Positions 1 to 13,210 of a stretch of 64,000 nt of DNA are shown in pieces. Source of the stretch: Paramecium tetraurelia (Eukaryota); the NCBI GenBank assembly GCA_000165425.1, contig CT868054.1:1-64000 (forward strand), given 5' to 3'. The number at the start of each line of letters is the position of its first letter. Position 1 is the stretch's first letter. The position numbers and the translations under genes are program-made. The notes beneath the pieces are model-generated. The model did no database searches and was not told the origin of the DNA. It saw only the letters and a list, made by a program, of their open reading frames with translations.

Positions 1-715
1 CTTTCATTATCAAAGATTAGAACTTCAGCAAGTAATTAAGTTAAAAGAATGTACAAAGAAATTTGTGATTTGATTATTGGAGAATCAAAGAGAAAAACAT
101 AGTAAAGATGGTTATTAAAGATTCACCACAAGAATTCTGAACTGTTTATATGATTATCGCATAATTATTGTCAGGAAGCATGACTGACCGAAAAGATTGC
201 AGTATCTAATAATAGAGTGACACAGATAAGATCTGCCACTTTATTGTCTTTTTTTGATAAAATATTGAATATCTAAAGGGTAAACTCCATTTTTCTGAAT
301 TAATTTCAAGGTTTATTTGAAAGATCTTCCATAAAAATTTGCATTCTTCACTATTTTAATGCATACTTGCTAATGATTACATTTTTTCGAATTCCTTCTG
401 TTTTCAAGAAAAAAGAAAGAAACCCTCAGCGCTCCTTCATACACATATTACAATAGATTAAGAACCGAATACGGATCTAAAGAGAAGCCTGGAACAATAA
501 ATAGAGAAGATACTAAAGATGTATAATGAGATTAATTGGAATTATGATTTATAAAATAAATAAAACATAGAATTAATGCATAAAATTAGTAAACATCAAT
601 TGATAATAGTATTTTAATTAAATATTTCATAAAACAATAAAACTAAAATATATAAAATGTCACCCTTATTATCATAGATCATTATATTAGAATATTTATT
701 ATTGTATACTCTGTT

Positions 716-1748
716 TCACTTAATATTAAAGTATCTACTTAACTGAACAGCTTGAACTTGTTGTTGTAATGGTGAACTCTTAATTAACCGAATCTAGTTA
801 GGTGAACTTGTGAATATAACTGATTAAATTAATTTATGAGTGACAATAGTGATTAAGTTAATAATATTTTAAATTGGAACAAGCATTACATTTATTAAAT
901 TAAGAGACTACGTGTTTTCCAGTTATTCAATTTACTAACACGATGATATCAATATTTATTATGGTTTTGAAGACCTTTGTTGTAAATTGTCCAATCGTAT
1001 TATAAATTAAATTTGATTGAAGTATTTAGATTTCAAATAATGGTCTTATGCATTATGAATAATCCAATTTTTAACTAATTCTTAATGTTTAGTATAAGAG
1101 TGCTTAATAGGCTGCAAACAATTGACAACCAGACATTTTAAGCTATCAGTAGACCCTATTTTCAATATTAATTCTTACACTTTGTAAAACTAAACTTAAT
1201 AGTTGACTACAATAATTAAAAATTAATTTTATTGTAATATGTTATTTAGGACTAACCATTTTATAAATTATGTAAGATATTAGATTTGAAAACTTTTGGC
1301 GGATGATACATATTATTAATATTAGAATCAACTATAAGTTTTATTTCTTGAAAGGAAAACTAGTAATTTTTTTTAATTTTAGAAATTATTTAAACTATTT
1401 AATTTTCATCATGCCCTATTATCTTTATCAGCTGCTTATAAAGTACTTGACCATAAAAACTCTTCTTAAGATTAATCAAGAGTAGGATTTAGAGTTAAAT
1501 GTTATAAAATTATGGGAACACTTTATTAATAGTAGGGTACTGCCTACTTAGCTTTTACTTTAGAGTTGGTGTCTGAAATAATAGCTTTATTAGAAAGATT
1601 TTATATTTTTACAATTCTTGGAGAATTTTTCTATCTTGGATAAATGATGAAATTAGAGGAAATTTAGGATTTCTTAAGGACTGAGAATTGGATTCTTCAG
1701 TTTTTTTTTATGGATTTCTGTAAAGCATAATTTTAAAAGCGCATTCAT
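716..1748 (-). CDS. Hypothetical protein
   Basis: Open frame in ciliate code from MNALLKLCFTEIH to ...SRYFNIK-TGA once a 23-nt GTAAG..ATAG intron (about 1156-1178) is removed. Confidence 0.6.
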
Positions 1749-2826
1749 CCAGAAAAAAGATCCTATAGAAAGGCTATGATAAAACAATTATATTACTAAA
1801 AATGGTCTCAATGAATACTAAAATAATGTGACACTTGGACAAAATTAAAACAAGTTTATGTTTTGTATTTATTCATTTATTTTAATCTAAATTTTTAAAC
1901 TCTCAATTTCTCATTACATAATTTTGGTAGATTTTAATCCCACTCTTGTTCAAGATTTCATCATTAGATTTTAGTTTTGCTAATCATTTAATTATTTAGG
2001 ATAATTATTTTTAGATGAAAAAAATCATCAAGTTAAAAGTTGTTCAATTAGGAATTCAAAGATTATAATTTATAATCAATTAACAATTCCATTATTATCT
2101 ATTTCTTTTGATGTTGGACCATTCAATAACATTATTTTAAGCCCAAAATACCATAAGATGATGAATTACATTCACAAACTTTAAGGTTATCAATGGTAAT
2201 AGGGAAAAAAAGGAGGGACAAATTTCAAAGATCAAATTAATCCATTTTGAACCTACACTTAAAATTAATATCAAAAATAATATTTTTGACATTTTTAATT
2301 TTTCATTTTAAATACCATAAAATTATTGAGTAGTTAATTTTCCCTCAGAAATTCTAGTATCAGATTCAAAAATGATATAAGTTATAAAAAAGAAAAAGTA
2401 TATATTTTACTACTTATGATTTCAGCTTTATAAAGTCAAATTGATTGATCATCTAAAAATTCACACACATATTTGTTTTATAAAAAGGATGTTAGCAGAT
2501 ATTGACTCCTATCAAATGATAAGAATCCAAGACAAAATTAATTTTATGAATTAATTTGCTATCTAGTCAAACTGATTATGCAGTATTCTTTTCTGTATTG
2601 GATGCAATTATTCCCTTGGTTTGTTAAGTTTAAATTAATTCAAGGCTAAGTATAAAATGTTTAATAAAATAAAAATACAATATAAACTTAACAAAATTAA
2701 TGCTTTAATGAAATTCAATGATTTTACTTGCTTGTAGAACTACAATTAAATAAATTTTAGAAATTTCTAATTCATCCAAAAATAAAAAAAAAACTCACTC
2801 ACCATTATTATTTAAAATATTTCAAG

Positions 2827-3902
2827 TCATAAAGCTGCTGCTTATGATGAGATTTCAGATTATTTCCTCTAAAAACTAAAATCTATCAAGTAACTATTGC
2901 TAAACTCTACTTTGGAATATCCCTCTTGCGGTTAATAAGAATAATTACATTAAATACTTTTTTTTCTTCCTAGTACAAATTTTTAGTCCAATAACTGTGC
3001 TTAGCTCTTTAGTCAAATTTCTAGAATTACGATTATGTCCACGATTACATGAAAACAAAATAATGAAATTATTGAAGTGAATTTGTTCCTTTTTATTAAA
3101 ATCCTTAATTTAATCAACTCCTTTTGAAAGGCTGATAAAATTGCAGCTTGTAGAATTCTCTGTTTACTTTTAATCATTGATTATCAGTTTTTACACAACT
3201 TCATCACCCAGATTAGTGTAATGATAAATAAACAATACATTTTTGGGGTATAACTCTGATTATAATTAAAATACAGGCCTTTTTTTATTAATATAATTTG
3301 CTTTTATTCTCTCAATCTATTTTTAATCAAGCAAAGATTGTCTGGCCTATATTAAAACATCAAATTTTAATCTGAAAAATTTGATTTCATTCTAATGAAA
3401 GCGTTAGATTGTAAGCTGCTTGTTAAATTATTTGATAAATGATTTTGCCATATTCTAGAAATTATATCGCAAGAACGAAAGGCTTTACACCTTACTTTTT
3501 GATATTTGGAAATAAATTATCTTAATGCAACTTCTATTAAAAATTTCAGATTGATTTATAAGAACTTTTGGAATTTGGATGAAGTAAAAAACGAGAACCC
3601 CTGAAGGCAATTGAATAAAATTGTAAAAATTATCATCGTGACTGAGTGTGTCTATTGCTTAATTTCCAAGCAATGATAATTTGTTAATAAAAAGTGACTA
3701 ATTATTTGTTTAATGTCTTTTTTATTAAATTTGTATTTTTGCTTTGGTTAATGATTTTGACATTTTAATGTAGTTTCAATATTAACATTTTGTTGTTTCT
3801 ATTTAATTTTTCTTTAAAATAAATAAGAAGTATATGACGGAATACCTGTTCTTAATTTTGAAAGTAATTGATTAAATTATTGATTTATTGTTACCTATTC
3901 AT
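2827..3902 (-). CDS. Hypothetical protein or pseudogene; 5' end uncertain
   Basis: TGA-free frame of about 290 codons from about 3700 to 2827; the upstream ATG at 3902 is in a different frame. Confidence 0.35.
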
Positions 3903-4155
3903 TCTTAATAAGAACCTCAATAAATTATATATAAATAATATATAATCAACCTATTAAACTAGTTTCGATTGTTTCCTACATACTGCAACATACAAAGAGC
4001 CGTTACATATGCTACATTTCCCTATTGGATAATAGAAAATTAAAACCTTTAGAAACCACCCTATTCCAGTACGATCTATTCTTTTGAGTATTGGCAGTTG
4101 ACCAGTAATTTTATGGGGAATTGATTAAATACTATAGATTTATATTAAATAAACA

Positions 4156-4920
4156 TCAAATGATTGTAATTGTAAAACCAAGTTGACAATTTCCTTTTAA
4201 GAATGTCTTATATTTGAAACAATCTGCTGTTGATGACTGTGGTTCAATAGCTATTCGCTTCCTATCTGGAGGTGTATAAATTTAACAATATTTCATGGTG
4301 TCTGATTCAATAATTAATGTATATTTGCTACTTACTAACTTAATAAAGATTTTATCCTCATTATTTGTAAAGCATGTATCGAATTATTGATTTCTTAAAG
4401 GTATTACTGCCAAATCTACATCTTCCCATTATAACTAATCACCAATTGGGATTAAATCTTTGTTAACAACTAACCTTTTAGTTAAATTTGTAATCATAAT
4501 TACATCATCAATATTTTCAAAATTAAAATATGGATGATAACCTATTCCGTACTCAAATCCTTAATTATCGGAAATATTAAATTATAAAGATAACTAATTA
4601 TCTTTCGTAAATGTGTAAATCTCTGTAAATTGGCTTTGTTCTTAATCATGGTCTTTTGATGTTAAGCATGTTTAATTCTCATTTCCCTCTAGTATTTATC
4701 TCTCAGCATTAACATATAACCCATGTAATGGATAACCATTTGAATCACGAAATTAACATTAAACATTTTTATCACTTAGTCGATTAACCCATGGATACAT
4801 TAGATAACAACCATTTCCTAATATATCATCAGATTCATTCCCTTCAATTATTAAATGACCAGATAAACATAATTCTAATATTTTCCCATTCTTCTATACA
4901 ATGCTATTGTTTTTTTGCAT
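4156..4920 (-). CDS. Aldose 1-epimerase (galactose mutarotase-like), 254 aa, intronless
   Basis: Motifs LMYPWVNRL, YPLHGL, GIGYHPYF, FDTCF, YCQIYTPP, IAIEPQS. Confidence 0.85.
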
Positions 4921-5165
4921 TATTTTAATTATGAAATGATTAAATTTGTTTTCTTTAATTGCACCTTAGATTGTATGAAAAAAAAATATGAATTAATGAA
5001 GTCTATATATGAGATTAATAACTATGTTATTAATTTATTAATCCCCATTTCTGTTGGATAATAAGGTTATTTTGATACAAGGCTTCTATATATCAAAAAC
5101 AACAGTAGTATATTCTAAAGAATTTATGGGATTTAAAAGTAAATATCAAAACAAAATTAATTTAA

Positions 5166-6140
5166 ATGTATAAAAGATCAAACAATTTATTAGTGAATTG
5201 TGAAATCATTGAAACATAGTAGTGGCTTAAAGAATTATAAGAGAAAAATATTTAGGACTTTTAGATCAATTTATTTAGAGTTTGGTGCATGGATATAAGC
5301 AATGATTTAAGTTTAATGGCTATTGGTGGTATTAGTTAGAATCACACTATTTTTATTTATAATCAACCTTACATGACCTTATGTAATCAAATATAAGCCA
5401 CTTCTCATTAAGTTTACCTGTTATAATTCTCTTAACGTGATAAATATTTATGCGCTGGTTGTTATGGGTAATAAGTACTTTTATGGGATGTAGATGATGT
5501 TAAGCAAATTTAAAATGTATAATATAAAATGGTTATTAAAACAGAATTTGGGGTAATTGCAAGAATCGTATTTTTCAATAATGAGAGGCAACTATGTTTT
5601 TAGGGATTATCTCACTTATTTATAATAAATTTGGAGACAAATAATTAAGCAAAAATTATAAAAATAAATCATAAGCCATCATCATTTGATATTAATCAAT
5701 CCAAGCTATACGAAGTTGGAAAAAGCAGCATCATTTATATAAGAGATATCTTTCGAGAAAAAATTTTAAGATTTATATGTTGTAGCCAATCTTAGCTTGC
5801 TGAAATTGTTGTATCAAGAAAAAACCATTTTATAGTTGTATCCAGCTAGCAGAATTTATATTATTTTAATACAATAAATGGAAGGCTTATTCGAAAAAGT
5901 AGAACAAAAGGAAGAGCTTTATCGATAAGGCTGTCCTTGGATAATAAATTATTGATATTTTTTAGCATCCAGCCTTCAGAACAGTTTGACAATATATACT
6001 TTGTTAATTTGGAGACAGGCTAACTGTTATTAATTTATACAACTTAAATTTCTCAACCCTCTTTTATATATAAAATGATGCCAAAAAAATTTATTTTCGG
6101 TAAAATTAATTCAATTGAAGTTTGGAACTTTATGATGTGA
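5166..6140 (+). CDS. WD40-like beta-propeller protein, 324 aa
   Basis: Uninterrupted frame with VWCMDISNDLSLMAIGG, LQFSQRDKYLCAGCYGQQVLLWDV and terminal IEVWNF. Confidence 0.7.
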
Positions 6141-6627
6141 ACCGTAATCTTGATTTATATTGTTTCTTATATTATCAAAAATCTTAATTATTATTAACTA
6201 TGCCAATGTATTCAAAGATATATATATTAAATATAAATTATAATGATTTATTAATACATAAAACATTTAATTTCATTGTAAATTTAAAATGTCCTTTTTT
6301 ATTTCTTATTATATAACTCTTGAAATTCCTCTTCATTTGCATATCCATCTTACTAGGGCCTCTTATTGAAAATATCATTTCATTTTAAAATTTATAACCC
6401 AACCATTTCACACATTTATATCTTTTAATTTATATTTATTTCAACCAATTCAATTTAATGCGTATTATAGTAATTAATCTTAGGTGTTTATTATTAGTGA
6501 TATGATGACATAATTTTGGTTTATTTTGCTTTATAAGCGAAATCTCTGAAGAAAATAATAAGATCATAAAATATCGAATAAAAATGTTTATCCAGATGCT
6601 ATTTTTAATAATTGTTTTTTTAAATTC

Positions 6628-7625
6628 ATGAGCATAATAGGTTTATGAATAAAATACACACATTGCATTCAAAAATTCAAATTCAAAATAATTGAATCCA
6701 CATAAAAGCAACTTTGAGGAAGAGAAACCTTCAGGCAGTAAATTCTGATTTTCCTATCATTAATACGCCAACTTCATTACTTGGGATATGCGGTTGATTT
6801 AGGCATATTAGCAAACAGATATGGAATACTATTATAATATTAAATTGAAGTGCATGCCATAATCATGACATATTTGGATGTTATTTCTAAATACAACATT
6901 TGAATCTAAAAATGTTCCCATAAGGCAGTATACATGTGTTTCTTCTATAGCTCCAGGGAATGTCAATTATAGAAGGGAACTATTAAAATATGTGGAATTT
7001 ATTGTTATGAATAGTTAAGAAACTAAATACCTCTCTAACCTAAATACTTGAATGAGTTTTCTATGATAATAAAATTTTATGATTCTTAGAATGGATTCTC
7101 GAAATATGTCCATAATCATAAAGGTGAGTTTCATGACATCCAAAGACAATTTGGACGGCCTTATGGATTCCAAATCAAGGCAAAATTGTAATTATTTGTG
7201 GGCACTGGAATATTCCACTTTTGATCTTTTTGGATTTTTTTTGAAAACCATCACTTACTTGATCACTTTGAATAATATGGAAAGTAATTGAATCCGCATG
7301 AATGTTAATTTAACACTAATATTCATATTACTCTATTTTTTGTAGTTGCTAATAGAGCGGAATTAATTGGATCAGATACTCTTTTTCCAATAATATAATT
7401 ATAAAAGAAATTAGATCAGAAGTTTAGAGATTGATAATAAAATAAGAGGAGAAAATTTGAAGTGGTAGAAACTATTGATGAAAGATTCAGCAAAGTGATG
7501 TTTGATAGAGCACTAGGCAAAAATTTGGATTATTAGCAATATTTGGGCCTCCTTAAATGCAAGCCACTGTTCCACCAATCCTTCAAGAATGGTAGTATAA
7601 GACCATCTAGTTCATTTCATTTGGG
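6628..7625 (+). pseudogene. Decayed paralogue of the b561/b5/reductase fusion gene at 16420-18385
   Basis: Frameshifted and deleted remnants: DLGILANRYG, EVHAIIM, G-P-x-GLP-NQGKIVIIC-GTGIF-F-DLFGF-like and GPPQMQATVP segments. Confidence 0.8.
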
Positions 7626-7641
7626 ATATTAATATTATAAT

Positions 7642-8422
7642 ATGTAACATCTTAAATTATCAATTTCCTCATTGAACTAATCATTTTTATACTCTGGAAA
7701 TTTCAAAGAGATGTCCTATTAACAGCTAATATCATATGCAGAAGGTCGATTAGGCCGAGTTCTCCCTCCTGAGTTCCAATTTTTCTATGTAAATTCTGAG
7801 GGCATTTAATTTGTTGTTAATAGTGAGGAATAAATACAGAAGGTAAAAAGTGAGAATCAGCAAGTAATCAAAATCATTCTTAAAGAAAAAGAGAAAGAGA
7901 AAGTTTATCATCCAAACACAATTTGCAGTCAATGTCACTCCTCTCCAATTATGAATGCTAGATACAAATGTATTGTCTGTGAAAATAGGGAGTTTTGTGA
8001 AAATTGTTTAGACCATGGTTAAGTTCATCCTTTGTTAATTATATCCAATCCAGAACAAGAGTAATTTTTCGATGGTTTTTTTAAAACATCCATGAATAAA
8101 GTGAAGAACCTATTCAATTGTTAATATAGTAAAACTAAAAAATAGTGTCATAGATTTAAGAGATGCGTTTTTGAAGAAGAAGTCAGAGCTATTTGGAACA
8201 AATCAGAAGAATCATTAATTATAATAGATTAGTTTGGAACATAAATAATTATAATAAAAATAGGGAAATTAGCAATAAATTGAGGATGAGTTTAATAATA
8301 AAATATTAAACTTAAGTGAGATATTTGAAGGTACTCCAGAATAATTTGAAAAGATTGTTAAATAAAATTAACACTTATCATTAGAAGAATTAGTTGAGTT
8401 GATATCAGATTAAACTTAATGA
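7642..8422 (+). CDS. PB1-like + ZZ zinc-finger protein (p62/NBR1-like architecture)
   Basis: N-terminal FQFFYVNSEGIQFVVNSEEQI (PB1-like); ZZ finger HPNTICSQCHSSPIMNARYKCIVCENREFCENC; 25-nt intron at 8129-8153. Confidence 0.8.
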
Positions 8423-8456
8423 TTGCTTATTATTTATTTCAATATATATAATTTAA

Positions 8457-9749
8457 ATGCACATTTGCATAATATGTACTTCAGAAACAGATTTTCCAAC
8501 AAAATGTGACTGTCACTTTTGTTTATTATGCTTGCTAAATTGGTTTGAAGAAAAAAATAGAGATAAGCCAATAGAAATACTTAATTGTCCAAATTAAGAT
8601 TGTAAATTCACCTACACTAGAGAGGAAATATTAAGTTATTGTTCTCGATAACCTTATGAGGGTAGGATTCAAGAAATCTTGCTCAAAGAATATCTAAAAA
8701 GTCAAGATATACGTCCGTGTCCAAGTGGAAAATGCAAATATTTTGGATACATTGAACTCGGTAATAAATGCGATGACGAACTTGAGTGTTTAGATTGCAA
8801 AACAACATGGAGAGACTTTGCCTTGGCTTCATACACATTTTAAACAGAATAATTGATAAAAAATATTTTTGGAATCATTAGAGAATTTTGCTATTGTTTT
8901 ATTACTGCAAATGAATGTCCTAATTGCGGAGTTTTAATCTAAAGAAATGGAGGTTGTAAACACATGACGTGTAAAGCATGTGCTCATCAATTTTGCTGGT
9001 ATTGTAAATAATAATGGGGAAGACATAAAGAATCCTAATGTTTTGGTTCAGGAGCAATATCAATCGTGTTACTTATAACTATGGGCATCAATATTTTGTA
9101 TCAGCTTGGAATATTCTACTATTTTCTCTATGTATTTTATCCTTTGTTTTTGCTATTGGAGCTATTAACCATGAATGTATTAGTAGTAGGAACTGGCTTT
9201 GGGATATTTCTCTTGTTTAAATCAATTCTCGATCTTAAGAATAATAGGAGACGCATTTGTGATAATCTAATTGCCTTAGGAGGATCGATTTTATTGTTGA
9301 CCCTTGAATATTTAGTCTTATGGTTTTCTATGGCCTATTTAGATATAACATTTTCCAAAGCAGTCGTTGGGTTCATCATAGAGATTTCAATTATTATTTT
9401 AATGATCTGTTACTTCAACAGAGTCGGCTTTGGATGGATATCCCTTCCGGTGCTAAGTATAGTTTTATTTTACTTTCTTGGAATTAATGGGGTGATCATA
9501 ATTATTTGGTAAATTCCAATGATAATTGGTCATAACAATTTTCTAACATAAGTTGGGTTTAATGTTTTAGCCTTAGGTTTACTGGTAATATTCAACATTT
9601 TTAGTTTATCAGAATTGTTTAGCTCATCACTAATATATTTAATATTGGGATCTACAGTATTGCATTATCGCAAAAATTCCCATATAGGTAATTTAATGTT
9701 TGTAGGCATTGTAGCATTATCTTATCTTTATGGATTAATATTTGGTTGA
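8457..9749 (+). CDS. RBR (RING1-IBR-RING2) E3 ubiquitin ligase with multipass C-terminal membrane region, 430 aa
   Basis: CIIC..[56 protein letters not shown]; then about 240 mostly hydrophobic residues. Confidence 0.85.
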
Positions 9750-9798
9750 CTTATATTTTTCATATTTATTAATTAAATGTAATAAAAATCTACTTCTT

Positions 9799-11083
9799 AT
9801 GCAGGATAAGCCCTTTAGCAAATTGCATTTGAGATGGGAAAGCCAACCTCCTTTGGTAGAACCATACATTGCAATGTAAATAATTTAGTTTATTTTAGTC
9901 TCGAAGAAAATTGGTATGATACAAAAGACTCATTCAAATAGATGAAGTAAGAAAATTTCGATGAATTCAAAATTCCAAAGAGAATTGGTTAATTGCTGAT
10001 GGAATATGTTCAAAGACCTGATAATTAGAAATAAAACTGGCAATTAGAATTGGCTAAAATATTTTCAGAAATTTCAGATTAGGATTAGCTTTATAAAACA
10101 TTAGAAATACTTTTTAAAATAATTTCCGTCTAGATAAATAGAGGATTAACATCTCCTCTAAAACTCTTTAGAGTAACATTTTAAAATACCGATCTGCATT
10201 AAATTATCTAGCGTATTTGGGTTGGAAAATAGAAGCTGAATTATTACTAGTTGAATATAAAATGGAACAATAAGCTCTTTGGAAGGAGGCCGCAGAAGAA
10301 TTAGTGAATTATACATAAAAGAAATCCGGATTCAATCCAAAAGCGGCTATCATTCACACTTCATCTTAAAATGTATCCATCACCTCCGAATTAGCCAAAA
10401 AGGAAGGCTACGATGTTTATTCATTCTCTTAGAAACTTGAACAATTGCATCAGAAAAGATTTGTAATATAAATTAGTAATCTTAGTAAATTATGAGCCAG
10501 CCCATATCTAATAGAGAAATTAAAGTATTTATTGGTAGAAAACAACAATCACCAGTGTAATTGCAATAGCAAATCCAAGGATAAGACGATTACGAAGAAG
10601 TACAACCTTAAAAAGATTAACAGCTTTTGCAGTTTCTTTAATAGGTTGCATAGGTATAATTTAAATGATTAAGTCTTTAATAGTCATTAGAAGAATAGTA
10701 ATTTGCATCTAAAAGAAAGAAGGAATATTTGGACCTTCTTAGCAAGCCAATATTGCCAAAACAGATATTAGAGTCTAATTTCCAAATAGCGTAATTGTTT
10801 AGGCTATCTTTGGTCCATTAGAGACATTAAAAACCTTATATGATTTGATATAGGATGTAAGAATATTGAAATTATATGTTATGCTTAGATGTTAGAAAAT
10901 AGTAACCTTGATTTCTACTTGTATACTTCCCCTCCTCCACTTAGAATGACATAAAAGCATTTAAATCAAACCTTTGATGACTTAAATTCTGTTCCAAATG
11001 GATTATTCTATTTTGGAGTTGAAAAGCAGACCTCAAACTTCTATTTGAAAGAATAATGGATGCAATGTGCTAGGGAGTTATGA
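9799..11083 (+). CDS. PUB + UBX domain p97 cofactor (UBXN6/UBXD1-like), with an apparent frameshift near 10110-10140
   Basis: PUB-like RINISSKTLQSNILKYRSALNYLAYLGW; UBX-like IRVQFPNSVIVQAIFGPLETLKTLYD and FYLYTSPP; several introns. Confidence 0.7.
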
Positions 11084-11166
11084 TTATTTTTTTTAGAAAC
11101 ATTATTTATGTCATTAGTATTTGAATAATATAAATGAATTGAAATTCCTAATTAAGTATTAAAAGA

Positions 11167-12009
11167 TCATATTTTTTTCTAAATTTAAGCGGACATCAGT
11201 CCTGTAGTTGTTTAATACATCTAAAAATGATGTTTCATTTCATACATTTGATTGTGACTTTTAATCTGTACCCCAAGGAGCTTAAGATTTTATCTATTAC
11301 TATGATTGATTCTTTGGTTTAGTTGAGGAAATTGTCATCTATTACATTAATGATCCTAATTATTCCATTTTCTAAGGCGTTACTGTATTTTGATAGTACG
11401 AGGTCTAGGAGGCCAATTTTTAATTGCCATTCTATTATCTATTCTCGAAATATTATGAGAAGATAACAAAATTGTTATTCTAAGGTATATAATTTGAGAG
11501 ATGATAATGCTTTTTTAAAAAGCCAAGTAATTTCGGAGATGGTCTGTCATACGCTATTTTCTCTGGCATAATATTTTCACACCTAAGCATTTCTTCAAAT
11601 AGTTCTTTGCCAATTCCTCTTCTCTAAACTGATTCGTGCACATAGAAATCCAACACACACAATGGCTATATTTCTTTAATTAGTCCACTCAAATCCCTAT
11701 GAAATAGATTTTTCTTCCCAATTTTTAAAATTCCTAAGCATTACTAATGTGTTTATTTTAAATTCATACCTTTCCTTCTGATTTGATATACAATTTTTAA
11801 TCGGTTTAATAAAATCTGGATGGACTAGTTATAACTTATTTCAAATTTTATGCCTTGTATAGATTGATATAAAATACTTTTGCAGATGCTTCACCCATTG
11901 TTGTGATCACTTCATCAAGGCATGGATTGCGTTATGGAGTTCCATTTAAAATGGTCATGCCATTTTCATTAACTGACATGCATTTTGAGATTAAAAAGTT
12001 AAATTGCAT
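11167..12009 (-). CDS. ATAT1: Alpha-tubulin N-acetyltransferase (MEC-17/ATAT1)
   Basis: [66 protein letters not shown]. Confidence 0.93.
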
Positions 12010-12601
12010 TTTAATAATTAAAATTACTACACCGAAATCTGAATTGAACTAATTATTATGATAATATATAGATTGTACTTTATATATGCTAAGTTTAGAA
12101 TGACGGCAATATTCTATTCGAAAAATGAGTGTGAAAAATTCATCATATATGATTCAAAAAATAAAGCACTTTTGTAGGAGTGATTTATAATTAATTATTT
12201 TCCTTAGATAGTCGATAAAATTAAACTCTTAAATTTATTAAAATATATAGTTTAAGCAAATTAACAACTTTATCTGAAATAGATATTTTATACAAGTTTT
12301 TTTGTGTTTTAAAAATGCTATTTATACCTTTATTATGGCTCAGCTTTTTTATAATTTCAGCATAAGTTTACTAATAGCACTCGTGTAATAATGGTCGATG
12401 CCTATTAAAAGTTTAAAAATAAGGATTAATTGAATGTTTTAAATACTTTGATTGATTAACATAATTTTCAATGTATGATGGCAACTTTATTAATGAAATT
12501 CACAGAAAGATTGTTCAATAAATATATTATTTTCAGGATTTGCTTTTATATTTGAAATGAATTCTTAATAGTTTTGATAAAAATCACACTAAATATAAAT
12601 A

Positions 12602-13054
12602 TCACTCCTGAGGTTCTGGCCTTAGCAGTCTAGGAATAAAACCTTTGACTAATTCAACAATCGGTATTTTTCTTCCTCCCTTTGGTTCATCATCATCATC
12701 AGATTCGCTTTCACTCTCTTATAAATCTTCATTTGCTTTGGTTTCTTTCTTATTCTCCTATTCATTTATTTCATCATCTTAATCAAATGTATTATCATTT
12801 TTTTGCTTTGCCAAATTAATCCATTCTAATTATACTTTTTCTAGATCATCAATTTTGGAGATGGTTTCTAATTGGGTTCTTGTTTAATTCTTAAATGTAT
12901 TAACACAGATACTTGAACACAGTAAGTTTATCGAATTCTCTTGATTATGTTTGCGGATATCCTAATTAGCATGAATATAATAAAATTTAATTATATAGCC
13001 AATTAAGAAGGAAAATATAATGCAAATGAAGTAACAAATTGTTCTTTCAAACAT
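12602..13054 (-). CDS. Small hypothetical protein with N-terminal TM/signal anchor and acidic tail, 150 aa
   Basis: MFERTICYFICIIFSFLIGYIIKFYY ... ESESDDDDEPKGG ... PEPQE-TGA. Confidence 0.7.
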
Positions 13055-13210
13055 ATTCTATAAATAGCTGAATCAATATCATAATATTTTAAAATTTAGA
13101 GAATAGTGACATAAATTCAAGTAAGAGGGTTTACATTTTGATGATATTGATTTATGATTAAACTCAAAATTACTTTAATTTTAGAGCAATTATCTATTGT
13201 ATAAAATAAG

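Noticed and set aside
1..530. Partial gene at the window start
   Set aside because: No consistent frame or recognisable motif on either strand
8129..8153. Second apparent AAA-AAA-TAG +1 frameshift in the PB1-ZZ gene
   Set aside because: Fully explained by a canonical 25-nt intron GTAAAACTAAAAAATAGTGTCATAG, so it gives no support for general recoding
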